32,849 bases of DNA from contig NC_068989.1 of the NCBI RefSeq assembly GCF_001194135.2, positions 7,914,742-7,947,590 of the forward strand. The letters run 5' to 3'. The stretch is from Octopus bimaculoides. Lineage: Eukaryota. Position numbers and translations under genes: made by a program. Below are positions 1-10,717 of this stretch, one piece after another (the stretch's first letter is position 1; each line of letters begins with the position of its first letter). The notes under the pieces were generated by a model. That model was given only the letters and a program-made list of their open reading frames with translations. It ran no database searches and had not been told where the DNA came from.

Positions 1-79
1 TGAATATTGGTATTGATGTAATCGACTTAACCCCTCCCTTGAAATTGCTGGCCTCGTGCCAAAACTGGAAATCAATATT
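1..79 (+). mobile_element. SINE family A 3' end
   Basis: Reads gatgtaatcgactt..cccctccc..aaattgctggcctcgtgccaaaa. Confidence 0.65.
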
Positions 80-114
80 AATTTGTTGTTTTTTGTTTCG
101 TCTTTTCTTTGTAG

Positions 115-177
115 TTTTTACCCTCGGACGTTTCGAAAGCAGACGCCAAATGTGATTCTTCAAGAAACTGCAGTCAG
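115..177 (+). CDS. Internal coding exon A of a Cys-box + FN3 extracellular/receptor gene (FLPSDVSKADAKCDSSRNCSQ)
   Basis: Acceptor tcttttctttgtag ends at 114 and donor gtaagt starts at 178. The exon is 63 nt, open in phase 0/0, and joins exon B to give C-x5-C-x2-C-x3-C. Confidence 0.8.
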
Positions 178-216
178 GTAAGTTTTAGTAAATCAATATT
201 TTATACATCGGTTAAA

Positions 217-413
217 GCAGCGAGCTGGTAGACAACGTTTGCACGTTGGGCGACAATGCTTAGCGGTATTTCGCCTGTTGCTACGTTCTGAGTTCAAATT
301 CTGCCGCGGTCAACTTTGCCTTTCATCCTTTCGGAGGTCGATAACTTAAGTACCAGTTGCATATTGAAGTCGATCTAATCGACTGGCCCCCTCCCTCCAA
401 AATTTCGGGCCTG
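217..413 (+). mobile_element. SINE family A, near full length
   Basis: Reads gcgagctgg...aatgcttagcggtatttcg...gagttcaaatt...actttgcctttcatcctttcgg.ggtcgata...gtcgatctaatcgact. Confidence 0.85.
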
Positions 414-414
414 A

Positions 415-627
415 TGTATGCATGTGTGTATGCATGTATGTATGTATGTATGCATGTATGTATGTATGCATGCAGGTATGTATGTGTGTGCATATGTGTG
501 TGTGTGTGTATATGCGTGTGTATGCATGTATGTATGCATGCAGGTATGTATGTATGCATGTATATATGTATGTTTGTATGTATGTATGTATGCATGTATA
601 TATGTATGTTTGTATGTATGTATGCTA
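415..627. repeat. (TATG/TG)n compound microsatellite
   Basis: Seen directly in the sequence. Confidence 0.95.
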
Positions 628-1787
628 TTTGATTTTATTTCGAGATTTCTTGTCATTGAAAAAAGCCGGTTTCTCACCTGGATGAAATTTCAACAATAAC
701 GACAAACTTGTGCATACGTATATGTGCAAATATTTCCAGTCAGTGCATGTGCAGATCTGTTTTATGTATATATACTCAGGCATATAGATGCATGTCTAGA
801 CACGTGCATCAGTACGTATATGCTAACCTTTTAGAAATGTTTTCATATTTCGATAGTTCCACTGACGGCTTGCTTAGCTGTCTCCGTTCCGGTTTGAAAA
901 ACTTAATTTCTCGAGATCGGTGATGTGCTGTTTGAAACATATCCTAGAGTCCCCTATCATTACAGGTATAAATCTGAACTTATAATAATCCGGGCGGAAT
1001 AAATTTCTCAAGAGTTCAACATGGACGTTTTTTTTTTTTCATTTTTTTTTTTCACTAATATTGAGCTTTATGTTAATATCGACTGAGCAACTGATTATCC
1101 CCTTTATGCTTATGTATGTATGATTTTTCTTTCAGTTTTACTTACGGTCTTCTTGAATGAATTCGAGCCGGTCGCTAACAAAGTGACAAGGCTATTTGAG
1201 TTAAGAGTGTTCTTGGTGTTTGTAAATACGTGGTTGAGTTAATTGTGTTGGGTTAAACTGCCGATGCTTAAACCCGACGTTGTGCATCTATGCACTTAAA
1301 GANNNNNNNNNNNNNNNNNNNNNNNNNNNNNNNNNNNNNNNNNNNNNNNNNNNNNNNNNNNNNNNNNNNNNNNNNNNNNNNNNNNNNNNNNNNNNNNNNN
1401 NNNNNNNNNNNNNNNNNNNNNNNNNNNNNNNNNNNNNNNNNNNNNNNNNNNNNNNNNNNNNNNNNNNNNNNNNNNNNNNNNNNNNNNNNNNNNNNNNNNN
1501 NNNNNNNNNNNNNNNNNNNNNNNNNNNNNNNNNNNNNNNNNNNNNNNNNNNNNNNNNNNNNNNNNNNNNNNNNNNNNNNNNNNNNNNNNNNNNNNNNNNN
1601 NNNNNNNNNNNNNNNNNNNNNNNNNNNNNNNNNNNNNNNNNNNNNNNNNNNNNNNNNNNNNNNNNNNNNNNNNNNNNNNNNNNNNNNNNNNNNNNNNNNN
1701 NNNNNNNNNNNNNNNNNNNNNNNNNNNNNNNNNNNNNNNNNNNNNNNNNNNNNNNNNNNNNNNNNNNNNNNNCACACAGACACAGAA

Positions 1788-2185
1788 GAGTGGCTATGTG
1801 GTAAGTAGCTTGCTTGCTAGCCACATGGTTCCGGGTTCAATCCCACTGCGTGGAACCTTGGGCAAGTGCTTTCTGTTATAGACTCGAGCCAACCAAAGCC
1901 TTGTGAGTGGATTTTGTTGAGTGAAACTGAAAGAAGCCCGTCGTATATATGTATATATACATATATGTGTATATGTTTGTGTGTCTGTGTTTGTCCACCC
2001 CCCACATCGCTTGACAACCGATGCTGGTGTGTTTACGTCCCCGTAACTTAGCGGTTCGGCAAAGAGACAGATAGAATAAGTTCTAGGCTTACAAAGAATA
2101 AGTCCTGGGATCGATTTGTTCGACTAAAGGCGGTGCTCCAGCATGGCTGCAGTCAAATGACTGGAACAAGTAAGAGAGTGAAGAG

Positions 2186-2186
<1 letters not shown>
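1788..2186 (+). mobile_element. Full-length tRNA-derived SINE, family B (CORE-like ccttgggcaagt, internal TA/TG microsatellite)
   Basis: Head tggctatgtggt...ggttcaatccc and tail aaggcggtgctccagcatggc...gtcaaatgact..aacaagtaa. Near-identical to the copies at 4224 and 8216. Confidence 0.9.
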
Positions 2187-2248
<62 letters not shown>

Positions 2249-2426
2249 CGCTTGATAGCTGTATATATTTTATATTTAGTAACTACAACATTAAATCTAA
2301 CGGATTCCCATCTCTGATGTACGTCAGATGAAGCAATTTGTCGAACACCTTCGTGAAACTATGGTCCAGTTACTAGGACGAACACACACACAGACAGTGA
2401 TATTCACGCTTACATATATACATACA

Positions 2427-2481
<55 letters not shown>

Positions 2482-3184
2482 ATCTATATATATAAATATG
2501 TAAATATATATATATATATATATNNNNNNNNNNNNNNNNNNNNNNNNNNNNNNNNNNNNNNNNNNNNNNNNNNNNNNNNNNNNNNNNNNNNNNNNNNNNN
2601 NNNNNNNTATATATATGCATATATATATATATATATATGCATGTATATATTGATATATATATATATATGTAAATATATATATATGCATGTATATATTGAT
2701 ATATATATATGTACGTGTATATATATATACATATATGTATATATATATATGAATATATATGTGCACGCGCACATGCATATATGTAATTGTGTATGTACGT
2801 ATATAAAGAAAAAATATATAGAGCCGCACATATATGTGAATGTCCTATGGGTCATACCTGGTGCTACCTGTTTGACAACTTTTATTCTACGTGATAGCAA
2901 AAGTTACATAACGCTGAACAAAAAAAAACCCGCAAAAAAGAACAAAAAAAAATAGCAAGACAAGACAAAACAACACACACGCAACACATGCGTGTTTTTT
3001 GTTTTTGTTTCTGTTTTTGTTTTCTTTTTTCCACGTATATGATGATGCTCTGGAATCACGTGGCTCTGACTCCAGCTTATGTTGCCACGGTAACTTTACA
3101 AACCACTTACGACCTGTTTTCCTACAATGGTAATTTGTAGTATCTGGGCAGTTTGTGTATAGATGTATTCTATTATTCTCTAAT

Positions 3185-3700
3185 TCTTTTACTCGTTTCA
3201 GGCATTGGGCTATGTCTATGCCCATAGCACCGCCTTCAAGAGCTTTACTCGATTGATTACATTGATCTGGAGTCTACCACCTGAATGCTACTAATTTTAT
3301 TGAACTGGGAAAGATGAAAGCCTAAGTCGATATGGGCGTGATTTTGTTTTGCTTTTTTACCTTTCAATCATGGTGCAAGTATAGGTGCTCCTTGATTAAG
3401 GAGCTCACTTTGTAACCACGTGATTTCGGGTTCGGTCTCACTGCTGGACACCATGGGCAAATACGGGCGAAATGCTGCTAAGCATTTTGCCCGGCTTGCT
3501 AGTGATTCTGCCAGCTCACCACCTCAATCCATACCAATAATAATAATTTCTGACAAAGACACAAGGGTATATATCTGGGGCTGTGGGAGTGGTAACAGCC
3601 AATTACATCGAACCCAACACCCGATTACTATTTAATTTATGGATCTCAAGAGGAGGAAACGTAGGGTTGACCTCAGCAGAATTTGATATCAGGACGTAAA
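3185..3700. mobile_element. Cluster of truncated SINE pieces: B 3' end (-, ~3185-3335), B head (+, ~3375-3465), A head (-, ~3468-3523), A 3' part (-, ~3555-3700)
   Basis: Each piece resembles the corresponding part of the fuller copies in this window. Boundaries are approximate. Confidence 0.55.
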
Positions 3701-3869
3701 AATGCATTACTAAATAGCAAGACTTTTTTTTCTTCGCTGCGCAAACAATTGTTTCTTTCCTTTTTCTTTGCAATGCTTTCTTTTTTAATTAATTTAGGCT
3801 CAAAGCCAGTAGTTTTGATGGAAAGAGGTTTGTCAATTCCATCGACCACCGTACTTGAATGGTACATTG

Positions 3870-4222
3870 TTTTATCGAACAAGCAGTGATAAAAGTTAAA
3901 GTTGGCCTCAGCTGGATTTGAACTCAAAGCATAAAACTCCAGATGAAATAGCACAAGACAGATTTTCCGATGTAGTAATTTGGAAGAGTCGTTTAAACAT
4001 TGAGAGAACGCCTTGCGGCATTTGGTTCGACAACCAAATCTCGGTGAGGTCAACTTTGCCTTTCACCATTTCGGAGTCGACAATAAAAATGGACTGGTGG
4101 AATTGTAAGAACGTCCGACTGAATGCAGTGCAGTGTTTTGTTCCGCCTCTTTGCGTTCTGAATTCAAATCTTGCCAAGGCCAACTTTTTCTTTCATCTCT
4201 TCGGAGGAGATACAAAATACCG
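3870..4222. mobile_element. Three diverged SINE family A fragments (-, +, +) directly upstream of the B copy at 4224
   Basis: Contain ggtcaactttgcctttca / gttctgaattcaaat motifs and their reverse complement. Confidence 0.6.
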
Positions 4223-4223
4223 A

Positions 4224-4595
4224 TCCGAGTTCAGTCCCACTGCGTGGCACCTTGGGCAAGTGTTTTCTACTATAGCCTCGGGCCGACCAAAGCCTTGAGA
4301 GTGGATTTGGTAGACGGAAACTGAAAGAAGCCCGTCGTATATATGTATATATATATGTATGCATGTGTATATGTTTGTGTCTGTGTTTGTCCCCCCAACA
4401 TCGCTTGACAACCGATGCTGGTGTGTTTACGTTCCCGTAACTTAGCGGTTCGGCAAAAGAGACCGATAGGATAAGTACTAGGCTTACAAAGAATAAGTCC
4501 TGGGGTCGATTTGCTCGACTAAAGGCGATGCTCCAGCATGGCCGCAGTCAAATGACTGAAACAAGTAAAAGAGTAAAAGAGTAAAGAGTAAAAAG
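4224..4595 (+). mobile_element. SINE family B, 5'-truncated, with (gagtaaaa)n tail
   Basis: Colinear with the 1788-2186 and 8216-8582 copies. Confidence 0.9.
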
Positions 4596-6057
4596 ACATG
4601 ATGGTTATGGTTGGAATGGAGCTGATCTGGGGCTAAACAAGAATAAGAGCACCAACAACAACGTGGCTCAAAAATACCAACGTTAACTGCATCATCAGTA
4701 GCACCAGTAGCTGCAACAAAGTTTGAACGAACTTTCTCGAAATAGTTCAACTTTGAGCATGCGCACGTGTGATTACATAGTAAAAAAAAATACATACATG
4801 TGTGTTGAGTATGCTTTGAGAATATGAATGTGTGTTTATATAAATTATACAAGTATTATGCATGTATATATGTATGTGTTTAATATAAGGAAGAAAAGGG
4901 GGGGGGAGAGAGATTGGGTGAAGTGATATAGAGCGACGACGGGGAAGAGGTTAGGTAAAAAGAATGTCCTAACATCTGTAAAATGTTCGCCATTAGCAGA
5001 ATAACTTCAGTCAGTCAAAGCTGTTCTATCTACCTGTCAACANNNNNNNNNNNNNNNNNNNNNNNNNNNNNNNNNNNNNNNNNNNNNNNNNNNNNNNNNN
5101 NNNNNNNNNNNNNNNNNNNNNNNNNNNNNNNNNNNNNNNNNNNNNNNNNNNNNNNNNNNNNNNNNNNNNNNNNNNNNNNNNNNNNNNNNNNNNNNNNNNN
5201 NNNNNNNNNNNNNNNNNNNNNNNNNNNNNNNNNNNNNNNNNNNNNNNNNNNNNNNNNNNNNNNNNNNNNNNNNNNNNNNNNNNNNNNNNNNNNNNNNNNN
5301 NNNNNNNNNNNNNNNNNNNNNNNNNNNNNNNNNNNNNNNNNNNNNNNNNNNNNNNNNNNNNNNNNNNNNNNNNNNNNNNNNNNNNNNNNNNNNNNNNNNN
5401 NNNNNNNNNNNNNNNNNNNNNNNNNNNNNNNNNNNNNNNNNNNNNNNNNNNNNNNNNNNNNNNNNNNNNNNNNNNNNNNNNNNNNNNNNNNNNNNNNNNN
5501 NNNNNNNNNNNNNNNNNNNNNNNNNNNNNNNNNNNNNNNNNNNNNNNNNNNNNNNNNNNNNNNNNNNNNNNNNNNNNNNNNNNNNNNNNNNNNNNNNNNN
5601 NNNNNNNNNNNNNNNNNNNNNNNNNNNNNNNNNNNNNNNNNNNNNNNNNNNNNNNNNNNNNNNNNNNNNNNNNNNNNNNNNNNNNNNNNNNNNNNNNNNN
5701 NNNNNNNNNNNCCATTAGCAGAATAACTTCAGTCAGTCAAAGCTGTTCTATCTACCTGTCAACATATTGCTTCGTCCTCGGCCATTTCCTTTTTCCTCTG
5801 CGTTTTTCCTTTAGCCTCTGCTTCTTTTTTCTCGTCCCTTTCCTCCAATCTCTTCCTCCACCTCTACAGCCTTTTTACCTTCTACGCTTTCTCTCTCTCT
5901 CTCTCTCTCTTATTCATCTTTTTTTTCTCTCTTTCTCTCTTTCATCTCTTTTTTCTCTCTTTCTCTCTTTCCATAACTCTTGGGGGGGGTTCGGTCCCCC
6001 CCCCCTCGACACTTTATTATAGTTGAGGAGATGAAGAAAGACAAGACTGAAGTAAAC

Positions 6058-6075
6058 GAATAATAATAATAATAA

Positions 6076-6106
<31 letters not shown>

Positions 6107-6204
6107 AAGAAGAACAACAACAACAACAACAATAACAATAACAACAATTGCAGCAGTAAACGAGGAAGAAGAAGAAGAAGAAGAAGAAGAAGAAGAAGAA
6201 GAAG

Positions 6205-6237
<33 letters not shown>

Positions 6238-6322
6238 TGCAGCAGCAAAAACAACAGCCGAAGCAGCAGTAAACGTGGAAGAAGAAGAAGAAGGAGAAGA
6301 AGAAGAAGAAGAAGAAGGAGAA
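6058..6322. repeat. Compound trinucleotide array (AAT)(GAA)(CAA) with higher-order re-iteration
   Basis: (GAA)n(CAA)n-ttgcagcag blocks are repeated, and gcagcagtaaacg occurs twice. Confidence 0.95.
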
Positions 6323-7056
6323 GACGATGTGATTGAAAGCAGATGATGCGATGAATTATTGCACCAAAAGAAAAACAAATGGTAAGAAAGTTGAATCGAA
6401 AAGCAGCAACATGAATAAAGAAATGAAAGTACTCGGCGTGTGTTTATAACGGGTGTTTTGTAGGGTACCACATAAAAGAAAAAGGAGCGAAAGTGAAGGT
6501 CGCAGGAGCGAACTGGGATCTTCGTTTGCCAGAAAACATTTCGGAAACAAACACACCCTTCATCTTAATGACTCCGAGGAAGCCGTATGACGTTGCACAA
6601 GCACCCAGATATGAGTGCACTGCGTCTCATAGCAGAAACATGTAAATAAATGGAGGTGATTACCTAACCTTTGTTCACNNNNNNNNNNNNNNNNNNNNNN
6701 NNNNNNNNNNNNNNNNNNNNNNNNNNNNNNNNNNNNNNNNNNNNNNNNNNNNNNNNNNNNNNNNNNNNNNNNNNNNNNNNNNNNNNNNNNNNNNNNNNNN
6801 NNNNNNNNNNNNNNNNNNNNNNNNNNNNNNNNNNNNNNNNNNNNNNNNNNNNNNNNNNNNNNNNNNNNNNNNNNNNNNNNNNNNNNNNNNNNNNNNNNNN
6901 NNNNNNNNNNNNNNNNNNNNNNNNNNNNNNNNNNNNNNNNNNNNNNNNNNNNNNNNNNNNNNNNNNNNNNNNNNNNNNNNNNNNNNNNNNNNNNNNNNNN
7001 NNNNNNNNNNNNNNNNNNNNNNNNNNNNNNNNNNNNNNNNNNNNNNNNNNNNNNNN

Positions 7057-7096
<40 letters not shown>

Positions 7097-7273
7097 TATC
7101 AATAAATATATATAATTTTTGCATTCGGTTTGCAAGTTTTTTGATGTGAACTCGTGTGTTGAAAGAAATTTTGTATCTTAGGAGGATTATCTATCTGTCT
7201 GTCTGTCTGTCTGTCAATCCATCCATCTATCTGTCTATCTATTTCTTTGTCTGTCTATCTCTATATATGTGTA

Positions 7274-7314
<41 letters not shown>

Positions 7315-7329
7315 ATGCATATGCATATA

Positions 7330-7560
7330 TGGGTCTCTGTGTGTGTATGTTTTGTGTTTGTGTTTGTGTTTATGCTCCACGGTTTGACAACTGGTGTAGG
7401 TTTGTTTACGACCCCATCATTTAGCGGTTACGCAAAAGGATCCAACAGAATAAATGTCAGTGTGCCGATAGAATAAGTACTGGGATTCGACTAAACTGCT
7501 CTAGGCGATGCCCCAGCATGGCCGAACCCCAGTGACTGAAAGATCTCAAAGATAAAGCAT
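7330..7560 (+). mobile_element. Diverged SINE family B 3' half
   Basis: Reads tttgacaactggtg...ttagcggtt..gcaaaag...gatagaataagtactggg..tcgactaaa...ccccagcatggccg. Confidence 0.7.
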
Positions 7561-7581
7561 AAACTGTATATCAGTCCTTGG

Positions 7582-7625
7582 TTGATCCTTTCCAATCATT
7601 CCCTTGATCCTTTCCAATCATTCCC
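7582..7625. repeat. Perfect 22-bp tandem duplication
   Basis: ttgatcctttccaatcattccc occurs twice in a row. Confidence 0.95.
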
Positions 7626-8024
7626 ATCTCTTTCATTTCCCAAGATCTGCATCTCTTTAAAAATAATTCCTCCTCCTCATCTATGCTTCCCATATTCTGG
7701 TACCTTTAATTACTCACATTCAAGCAAACCTCATCAACTTGGGTCTACAAGGTTTTAACCCTTTGCCTGTCCATAAGCATTTCCATAAATTTCTTCTAAA
7801 CATCCATGTTTTTTCCAGTCTTTTAGCTTTCCTTGTTTTATACGTCTAATATAAAGCTTTCCTTTCATAAGTCACAAGTTACTCCAGTAGTTGAAAAAAA
7901 ATGGGAATGTGTGTCTTAAATGATCCATGGACGCCAGGGAAATATGTCCTATGCAAAGGGTCAAGTCATTTTCTCAAAGCTTTTTTTAATATATATTTCT
8001 CTATTTTTTTGTTCTGTTTTTCAG

Positions 8025-8099
8025 TGTTGGGATATGTGTTTGAATCTCAATTACAACAGGAACCTTTGGGCTGACATTTGTGAATCCGACATCGATTGT
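8025..8099 (+). CDS. Coding exon B (CWDMCLNLNYNRNLWADICESDIDC)
   Basis: Acceptor ttgttctgtttttcag and donor gtaagt at 8100. The exon is 75 nt, phase 0/0 and Cys-rich, in frame with exons A and C. Confidence 0.88.
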
Positions 8100-8215
8100 G
8101 TAAGTATCAAACGGTCCTTTTTAAAAATTTAATTTATTTTCCAGTTCATATTGTTATCATTGTGGATGTTTATCGTTAAAAATGTAAATGAAATAATTAT
8201 TCCAGTTCTATATTT

Positions 8216-8582
8216 AAGTGGCTGTGTGGTAAGTAGCTTGCTTACCAACCACATCGTTCCGGGTTCAGTCCCACTGCGTGGCACCTTGGGCAAGTGTCTT
8301 CTACTATAGCCTCGGGCCGACCAAAGCCTTGTGAGTGGATTTGGTAGACGGAAACTGAAAGAAGGCCGTCGTATATATGTATATATATATATATGTATGT
8401 ATGTGTGTTTGTGTGTCTGTGTTTGTCCCCCCACATTCGCTTGACAACCGATGCTGGTGTGTTTACGTCCCCGTAACTTAGCGGTTCGGCAAAAAGAGAA
8501 CGATAGAATAAGTACTAGGCTTCCAAAGAAAAAGTCCTGGGGTCGATTTGCTCGACTAAAGGCGGTGCTCCAGCATGGCCGC
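8216..8582 (+). mobile_element. SINE family B, 3' end lost in gap
   Basis: Colinear with the other family B copies. Confidence 0.9.
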
Positions 8583-9645
8583 NNNNNNNNNNNNNNNNNN
8601 NNNNNNNNNNNNNNNNNNNNNNNNNNNNNNNNNNNNNNNNNNNNNNNNNNNNNNNNNNNNNNNNNNNNNNNNNNNNNNNNNNNNNNNNNNNNNNNNNNNN
8701 NNNNNNNNNNNNNNNNNNNNNNNNNNNNNNNNNNNNNNNNNNNNNNNNNNNNNNNNNNNNNNNNNNNNNNNNNNNNNNNNNNNNNNNNNNNNNNNNNNNN
8801 NNNNNNNNNNNNNNNNNNNNNNNNNNNNNNNNNNNNNNNNNNNNNNNNNNNNNNNNNNNNNNNNNNNNNNNNNNNNNNNNNNNNNNNNNNNNNNNNNNNN
8901 NNNNNNNNNNNNNNNNNNNNNNNNNNNNNNNNNNNNNNNNNNNNNNNNNNNNNNNNNNNNNNNNNNNNNNNNNNNNNNNNNNNNNNNNNNNNNNNNNNNN
9001 NNNNNNNNNNNNNNNNNNNNNNNNNNNNNNNNNNNNNNNNNNNNNNNNNNNNNNNNNNNNNNNNNNNNNNNNNNNNNNNNNNNNNNNNNNNNNNNNNNNN
9101 NNNNNNNNNNNNNNNNNNNNNNNNNNNNNNNNNNNNNNNNNNNNNNNNNNNNNNNNNNNNNNNNNNNNNNNNNNNNNNNNNNNNNNNNNNNNNNNNNNNN
9201 NNNNNNNNNNNNNNNNNNNNNNNNNNNNNNNNNNNNNNNNNNNNNNNNNNNNNNNNNNNNNNNNNNNNNNNNNNNNNNNNNNNNNNNNNNNNNNNNNNNN
9301 NNNNNNNNNNNNNNNNNNNNNNNNNNNNNNNNNNNNNNNNNNNNNNNNNNNNNNNNNNNNNNNNNNNNNNNNNNNNNNNNNNNNNNNNNNNNNNNNNNNN
9401 NNNNNNNNNNNNNNNNNNNNNNNNNNNNNNNNNNNNNNNNNNNNNNNNNNNNNNNNNNNNNNNNNNNNNNNNNNNNNNNNNNNNNNNNNNNNNNNNNNNN
9501 NNNNNNNNNNNNNNNNNNNNNNNNNNNNNNNNNNNNNNNNNNNNNNNNNNNNNNNNNNNNNNNNNNNTGCCGGTTTGGCTATTTATAAAGGTGTTCGCAG
9601 TAAAGGGCAATAACTATATTTTCACTGCTTAAATCTGTTGAAACA

Positions 9646-9646
<1 letters not shown>

Positions 9647-9707
<61 letters not shown>

Positions 9708-9897
9708 CAACAACAACAACAAAAACAACATCGAAAAATACTTTAGGAATGAGAACCCAGCTTCGAAATTTCCCCAAGACATCTGATGAAGGCTGGAGGG
9801 TATATCAGCCGAAACGTTGTGTTAACAACAAACAAGATGAGGACAAATATCCGTCAAATGTAAATAATGTAAATAGTGTACATAATTCCTTATCTCT
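9647..9897 (+). mobile_element. Penelope-like retroelement terminal fragment preceded by (AAT)n(AAC)n
   Basis: A non-coding ~170-bp body containing CTGATGA...CGAAACG follows a microsatellite. The assignment rests on the known association of minimal hammerheads with Penelope-like elements. Confidence 0.5.
9778..9823 (+). ncRNA. Minimal type I hammerhead ribozyme motif in a Penelope-like element 3' remnant
   Basis: Reads gacat-CTGATGA-a-GGCTG(gagggtatat)CAGCC-GAA-ACGT-T-gtgtt. It has the catalytic core, a 5-bp stem II, palindromic ACGT at stem III and a 5-bp stem I with two G-U pairs. Confidence 0.65.
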
Positions 9898-10036
9898 TAA
9901 ATATAGAATGTAGATTTCCTTCACATCACAGACCACTGTCTACCATGTAGTTGACCTAATTGACCACTATTGTTATATGTTCCACACTACAGTCCTTCCT
10001 CTGTTTCGTATTCAACTACAATTGTTGTATTTACAG

Positions 10037-10079
10037 GAACTCGGATGTAAGATGGTCTGCAATTTCAAAGCTGATTCCA
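10037..10079 (+). CDS. Coding exon C (ELGCKMVCNFKADS), end of the cysteine box
   Basis: Acceptor ttgtatttacag and donor gtaagt at 10080. The exon is 43 nt, phase 0/1, and supplies the C-x3-C-x-F ending typical of the anosmin Cys-box. Confidence 0.85.
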
Positions 10080-10476
10080 GTAAGTCTGATCTTTTATTCG
10101 TTTGACTAGCTAACTGTAATCTTAGAAACCACTTTTTAGAACGGTGAATCTCGAAGCAGATAAAGCTATATAAAAATTATCGTGTAAATATTAGATTAAA
10201 AATCTCTTTTGAGAGTAAAAAATTGAAGGTTGCGAATGGGATACGAACCCACATTTTCTCATCTTCTGTAAATATGTCCCACGATAAACTTCGACTTTTC
10301 CCATCCAAAGTGTTTTTTTTTTACCCAATATTTGCACACTGTTATTTATAGTTCTATCCGCTTCAAGATCCACTGTTCCAAAAAGAATTATTTCACGTTT
10401 TCTCGAAGTTTATAAATTTTTATGACGTCAATCTTTATTAGAATTTTATTTATTTTTATTTACTTATTTTGAATAG

Positions 10477-10670
10477 AAGAAAGTAATCGAAAGCGAACGG
10501 GACGATTCTTGGAACTACCTAACGTGAAGGATTATGGTAGAAATGTACTAATAAAATGGAAAAAACCAAAGAAAATTAGTGGACAAGCACCGGATACTTT
10601 TAGTCACTTAGTTTATATCTTACTTAGTCGGAAACGACATCAGCAGACTGGATGGAAAATATTTCAGCAG
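10477..10670 (+). CDS. Coding exon D, first half of FN3-like domain 1 (KESNRKRTGRFLELPNVKDYGRNVLIKWKKPKKISGQAPDTFSHLVYILLSRKRHQQTGWKIFQQ)
   Basis: Acceptor tacttattttgaatag and donor CAG|gtaagg at 10671. The exon is 194 nt, phase 1/0, matching exon C. It has the FN3 pattern VLIKWKKP...VYIL...W. Confidence 0.85.
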
Positions 10671-10717
10671 GTAAGGATTCTTTTAATGTTAATAATAAGC
10701 TTTCTTTTGATTAATTC

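Noticed and set aside
125-140. gacgtttcga (reverse-strand CGAAACGTC) inside exon A
   Set aside because: There is no CUGANGA partner or stem II on that strand. It is coding sequence.
323-699. ORFs rich in H/T/Y/M/C/V (also at 2470-2955, 12002-13208, 20719-21337, 23172-23671, 27994-28343, 29843-31495)
   Set aside because: They are translations of (CA)/(TA)/(TATG) microsatellites, which lack stops in several frames. They have no splice or domain support.
1268-1824. Long ORFs spanning N runs (all X-rich entries)
   Set aside because: Artefacts of translating assembly gaps.
2305-2350. Possible hammerhead remnant (cagatgaagcaatttgtcgaacacc)
   Set aside because: Both core halves are mutated and no convincing stem I or III forms.
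2887-3225. 112-aa minus-strand ORF
   Set aside because: It starts inside a family B SINE tail and ends in low-complexity sequence, with no acceptor and no recognisable motif.
5910-6471. Poly-L/F/S and poly-E/Q ORFs
   Set aside because: Trinucleotide array, with stops in the plus-strand frames.
6464-6645. Open 60-codon stretch after a ttttgtag acceptor (YHIKEKGAKVKVAGANWDLRLPEN...)
   Set aside because: It is phase 1 and ends in a stop, which does not fit between exons A and B (phase 0/0). There is no clear donor or known motif.
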